From Desulfobacterales bacterium (lineage in GTDB: Bacteria; Desulfobacterota; Desulfobacteria; Desulfobacterales; G963662235): DNA of 64,000 nucleotides. The position numbers and the translations under genes are program-made. The notes beneath the pieces were generated by a model. That model ran no database searches, was not told the origin of the DNA, and saw only the letters and a program-made list of their open reading frames with translations. The stretch spans positions 2,043,545 to 2,107,544 of the forward strand of contig OY759308.1 in assembly GCA_963662235.1 (NCBI GenBank). The letters run 5' to 3'. Positions 61,444-64,000 of this stretch are shown piece by piece. Positions within the stretch are counted from its first letter, which is position 1; the number at the start of each line of letters is the position of its first letter.

Positions 61444-64000
61444 TTATTCATAATCATAAGCATCTATAGATTGATTCTTAATTTCGTCTAGAATAGGATT
61501 AGGTATTTTTATAGAACTTTTTAAAACTTCTTTAGCAGCTTTTTCATAAAGTTTTTTGGGAGGTTCGTCATTGTAAAAAATCAATTCAATAGAATTAGAT
61601 GCTAAAAAAACACTTCCAGCAATTATTTTACCATTAAGAGTTGGTGCTACTTTAGTCGCCACTAATAAAGATGTAGTTGATATAGCTTTTAAATAATCTC
61701 TTTCTAAATTTGTATAATGTTCCTCTAACTGTTTCATAGTCTCGGTATCGTTCTGTTTTTTAGCTTTTAAATAATTTGTATCTAAATATTCTAAAACTTT
61801 TTGATCAACCTCATCATAACTATAACTCTCTGCTAATTTAGTATTAGTGTTCAAAAGTGTACTATTAAAATTATTTTCTCTCCATTCGTCTGTAGTTGTT
61901 GCCTCTGTGCCAAGCCCAGCATAAGAAAGCTCTTTAGATAGAGCATCATCTCCTTTTGATCCCATAAGATTTGCAAAATCTTCCCCACGGATTATTCCAT
62001 CGGCTTTGTCCTTTTCATGAGAAATTTCATGATTGAGAATATAAGAATCTGATTTATCATTAGAGTCCTCTGCTTTATTTAAAAATACATTATGGTCGTT
62101 TTTGTCTTTGGGATCCATCCCAGCAGAATTGCCAGCAACTTTATCTTTATTTTCTGAAAGGTATAATTTAACCTGAGCATAAGGAATGTTAAGCTCTTTA
62201 GCTATATATTGTGCTTGTAAATTCCTCGCTGCTTGCTGTTCTTCAGGACTTGCATTCGGATCAGTTAAAATCTTGGCGACATCAGGGTGCTTTTTTACAA
62301 AGTCTGTTGCTGCATTTTGTCTCGCAAAACTCTGACCAACATAATCCAATGCACTGTCATTATCGTTCTCATCCAAAGCTTTTTTAACTCCCTCTACTAC
62401 AGTCTCAACTCTGTCACCTATCCTTTGACCTTCATGCTTTATCTCTTTTGCAGTATCAATAGGATTAAGAAGTGCATTAACCGAAGCCTTATCTGCTTCA
62501 ATAGTTACATCTGTATCTTTTACTTTAATTTGAGCATTTGCCATATCTCTATTTAAGTCAGAAAGATCTTTATCAGAATCGTTTCTAACTGTAATCGTGC
62601 CCTGACCAATTGTACTTTTGTTGACTTGTGTTTTATTTTGTAAATCAGCTTTGACATTGTAGTTCGAACTTGATCCTGCATTTGCTCCTGTCGAAGAATG
62701 TGCACTTATACCTCCATTCAATCCTATCATCTTGTTCTTATCTCTAATATCAGAATATCCTAAATCGCCTGTATCTAAACTTAACTTATCTGTCTTTGAA
62801 TAAATATCTGCTCCTTTTAAGGTAGTTTTGTTTGCAACATAAATATTAACATTGCCACCTCCAGAAATGGAGCTTTTTTCATTTACCCACTTACTATCTC
62901 CTCTTGAAATACCTGCATTAATTCCACCAGAAATAGATTGGCTGCTAGAATCCTTCTCTTCAACTTTACTATAAGAAAAATTAACACCAAGACTCATACT
63001 TTTGCTTTTACTCGTATCTTGAAGAGAAACAACTTTTAAATCTCCGCCTACATCTAAATTTACATTTTCGGTGGCTTTTACAACTCCGCCCTCTATTGTA
63101 GTATCCTTTGTGCTTTTGATTGTTATGTTTTTACCGCCAATGTGAGAGTTGGCATAACTTGCATTTTTATTTTTGTTTTGAGACATATCAAAGCTAAAGT
63201 CTTGGGTTGCCTCAGATGCTGTAGAATACTTAAACTGATAATTTGCATACTGTGTTTCATTTGAAGAAGATGAGCTGTTTCTTGCGGCTGCAATAGCAAC
63301 ATCTTCTGCTTCAATTCCTATATCTTCAGAAGCATTTATATCACTGCCAGTTATAGATGCGGTTTTACCTGCTTTAATTGTAATATTTTTAGCACTAAGG
63401 TTAGAACCCTTTGCCTTAACAATTTCACTTTCAGTCTTTTGTATTAGTGCATCAACATCAAGAGTTACATCCCCTGTAAAACCTAATGTCCCATTTGTTT
63501 TGCTAAGCCCTACTACTTCTTGATTAAGTTTTAAAGTTTTTGCTTCAACTGAAGATGCAAGCATTCCTATACTTGCTATATAAAATGCCTCATCCTCTTT
63601 CATATCATCGTAATCTTCTTTAGAGATAAGACCTTTTTTATAATTAGATTTTGCTGTACTTAAATCATCTTTATATTTGCTGTAAGCTTCTTTAGTCTCT
63701 TTTAATTTCTTGGTCGTCTCTTTTAAAGACTTGGCTGCATTGTAAACATTAGATGCTTGATGACTTACTCCTACTGAAAGCTCTGCTTTGCCATGAATTT
63801 CTTCTTTTTGACTTTTAGTTTTTTCTTCAGCATACGTAATCTCTACATTCTCTTTGGCATCAAGAGTTATATCTCCTGTAGATGCAACATCAGAACCCTT
63901 AATTACTATATTCTTTTCACTTACTGCATCCCAACCCTCTTCACCTATTTTTAAATCACTACCTTTTTGAGTAGTTTGGCTGTTTTTCTCTTTTGTTTTA
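61444..64000 (-). CDS. Large TPS-type exoprotein (filamentous haemagglutinin / CdiA-like), 5' end beyond the right window edge; C-terminal region with an HExxH motif
   Basis: The reading frame is open from 63999 to the stop at 61444 (KTKEKNSQTTQKGSDLKIGEEGWDAVSEKNIVIKGSDVASTGDITLDAKENVEI...). The track Met at 63603 is internal. FHA-like beta-helix repeats (NITIKAGKTASITGSDI, GGKNITIKSTKDTTIEGG, GGNVNIYVANKTTLKGADI), ..DLNRDMANAQ.., then a non-repetitive C-terminus with LNHEISHEKD. Confidence 0.8.
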   Translation of the reverse strand, partial: KTKEKNSQTTQKGSDLKIGEEGWDAVSEKNIVIKGSDVASTGDITLDAKENVEITYAEEKTKSQKEEIHGKAELSVGVSHQASNVYNAAKSLKETTKKLKETKEAYSKYKDDLSTAKSNYKKGLISKEDYDDMKEDEAFYIASIGMLASSVEAKTLKLNQEVVGLSKTNGTLGFTGDVTLDVDALIQKTESEIVKAKGSNLSAKNITIKAGKTASITGSDINASEDIGIEAEDVAIAAARNSSSSSNETQYANYQFKYSTASEATQDFSFDMSQNKNKNASYANSHIGGKNITIKSTKDTTIEGGVVKATENVNLDVGGDLKVVSLQDTSKSKSMSLGVNFSYSKVEEKDSSSQSISGGINAGISRGDSKWVNEKSSISGGGNVNIYVANKTTLKGADIYSKTDKLSLDTGDLGYSDIRDKNKMIGLNGGISAHSSTGANAGSSSNYNVKADLQNKTQVNKSTIGQGTITVRNDSDKDLSDLNRDMANAQIKVKDTDVTIEADKASVNALLNPIDTAKEIKHEGQRIGDRVETVVEGVKKALDENDNDSALDYVGQSFARQNAATDFVKKHPDVAKILTDPNASPEEQQAARNLQAQYIAKELNIPYAQVKLYLSENKDKVAGNSAGMDPKDKNDHNVFLNKAEDSNDKSDSYILNHEISHEKDKADGIIRGEDFANLMGSKGDDALSKELSYAGLGTEATTTDEWRENNFNSTLLNTNTKLAESYSYDEVDQKVLEYLDTNYLKAKKQNDTETMKQLEEHYTNLERDYLKAISTTSLLVATKVAPTLNGKIIAGSVFLASNSIELIFYNDEPPKKLYEKAAKEVLKSSIKIPNPILDEIKNQSIDAYDYE

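Noticed and set aside
11055-63314. Numerous 60-125 aa track ORFs antisense to or overlapping the annotated genes (e.g. 12077..12310, 18122..18499, 20118..20453, 24354..24668, 24859..25203, 27936..28214, 40473..40739, 45777..46124, 62287..62556, 63123..63314)
   Set aside because: Each is fully contained within a longer ORF that has clear family motifs on the other strand or frame, and each shows biased low-complexity composition.

Overview
AT-rich chromosomal window from a flagellated diderm bacterium. The taxon cannot be named from the sequence alone. Nearly all genes are on the minus strand.

Backbone genes: argS; a flagellar block (sigma-54 activator, flgB, flgC, fliE, fliF, fliG, fliH, fliI, fliJ, MotE-like); a four-subunit 2-oxoacid:ferredoxin oxidoreductase (porGDAB order); glyQS; thiC; map; sbcB; rplM-rpsI; mrdA; EF-G; hemB; ispD.

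The ORF track misses two very large exoprotein genes because each runs off a window edge.
- complement(1..10081): more than 3,360 codons in the window. It has an N-terminal signal sequence followed by at least 29 He_PIG / cadherin-like Ig repeats. 23 consecutive repeats keep an exact 270-bp register, and part of the array has an 810-bp higher-order structure.
- complement(61444..64000): a filamentous-haemagglutinin / CdiA-like protein. Its C-terminal region carries an HExxH motif. Downstream lie a small two-TM ORF and a frameshift-interrupted ORF with a glycine-zipper tail.

The most pervasive unannotated signal is a MITE-like intergenic element family of about 12 copies.
- Termini: AGACCTTTGCACATA / TATGTGCAAAGGTCT.
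- Size classes: about 29, 73, 114-123 and 160-193 bp, plus solo termini.
- Flanks: 8-bp direct repeats, 8/8 identical in the best copy.
- Placement: usually 9-130 nt upstream of start codons, including inside the flagellar operon.

A second repeat family consists of C6-loop-G6 hairpins with an adjacent G or C run. It occurs as two inverted pairs. One pair brackets a DUF559 endonuclease gene. The other brackets a 32-34 bp tandem array.

A 4.6-kb accessory islet at 34.4-39.0 kb holds GC-rich hairpins, a DUF4143 ATPase, an ECF sigma module, an EF-hand protein and a Phd/PIN toxin-antitoxin pair.

No rRNA, tRNA or CRISPR array was recognised.
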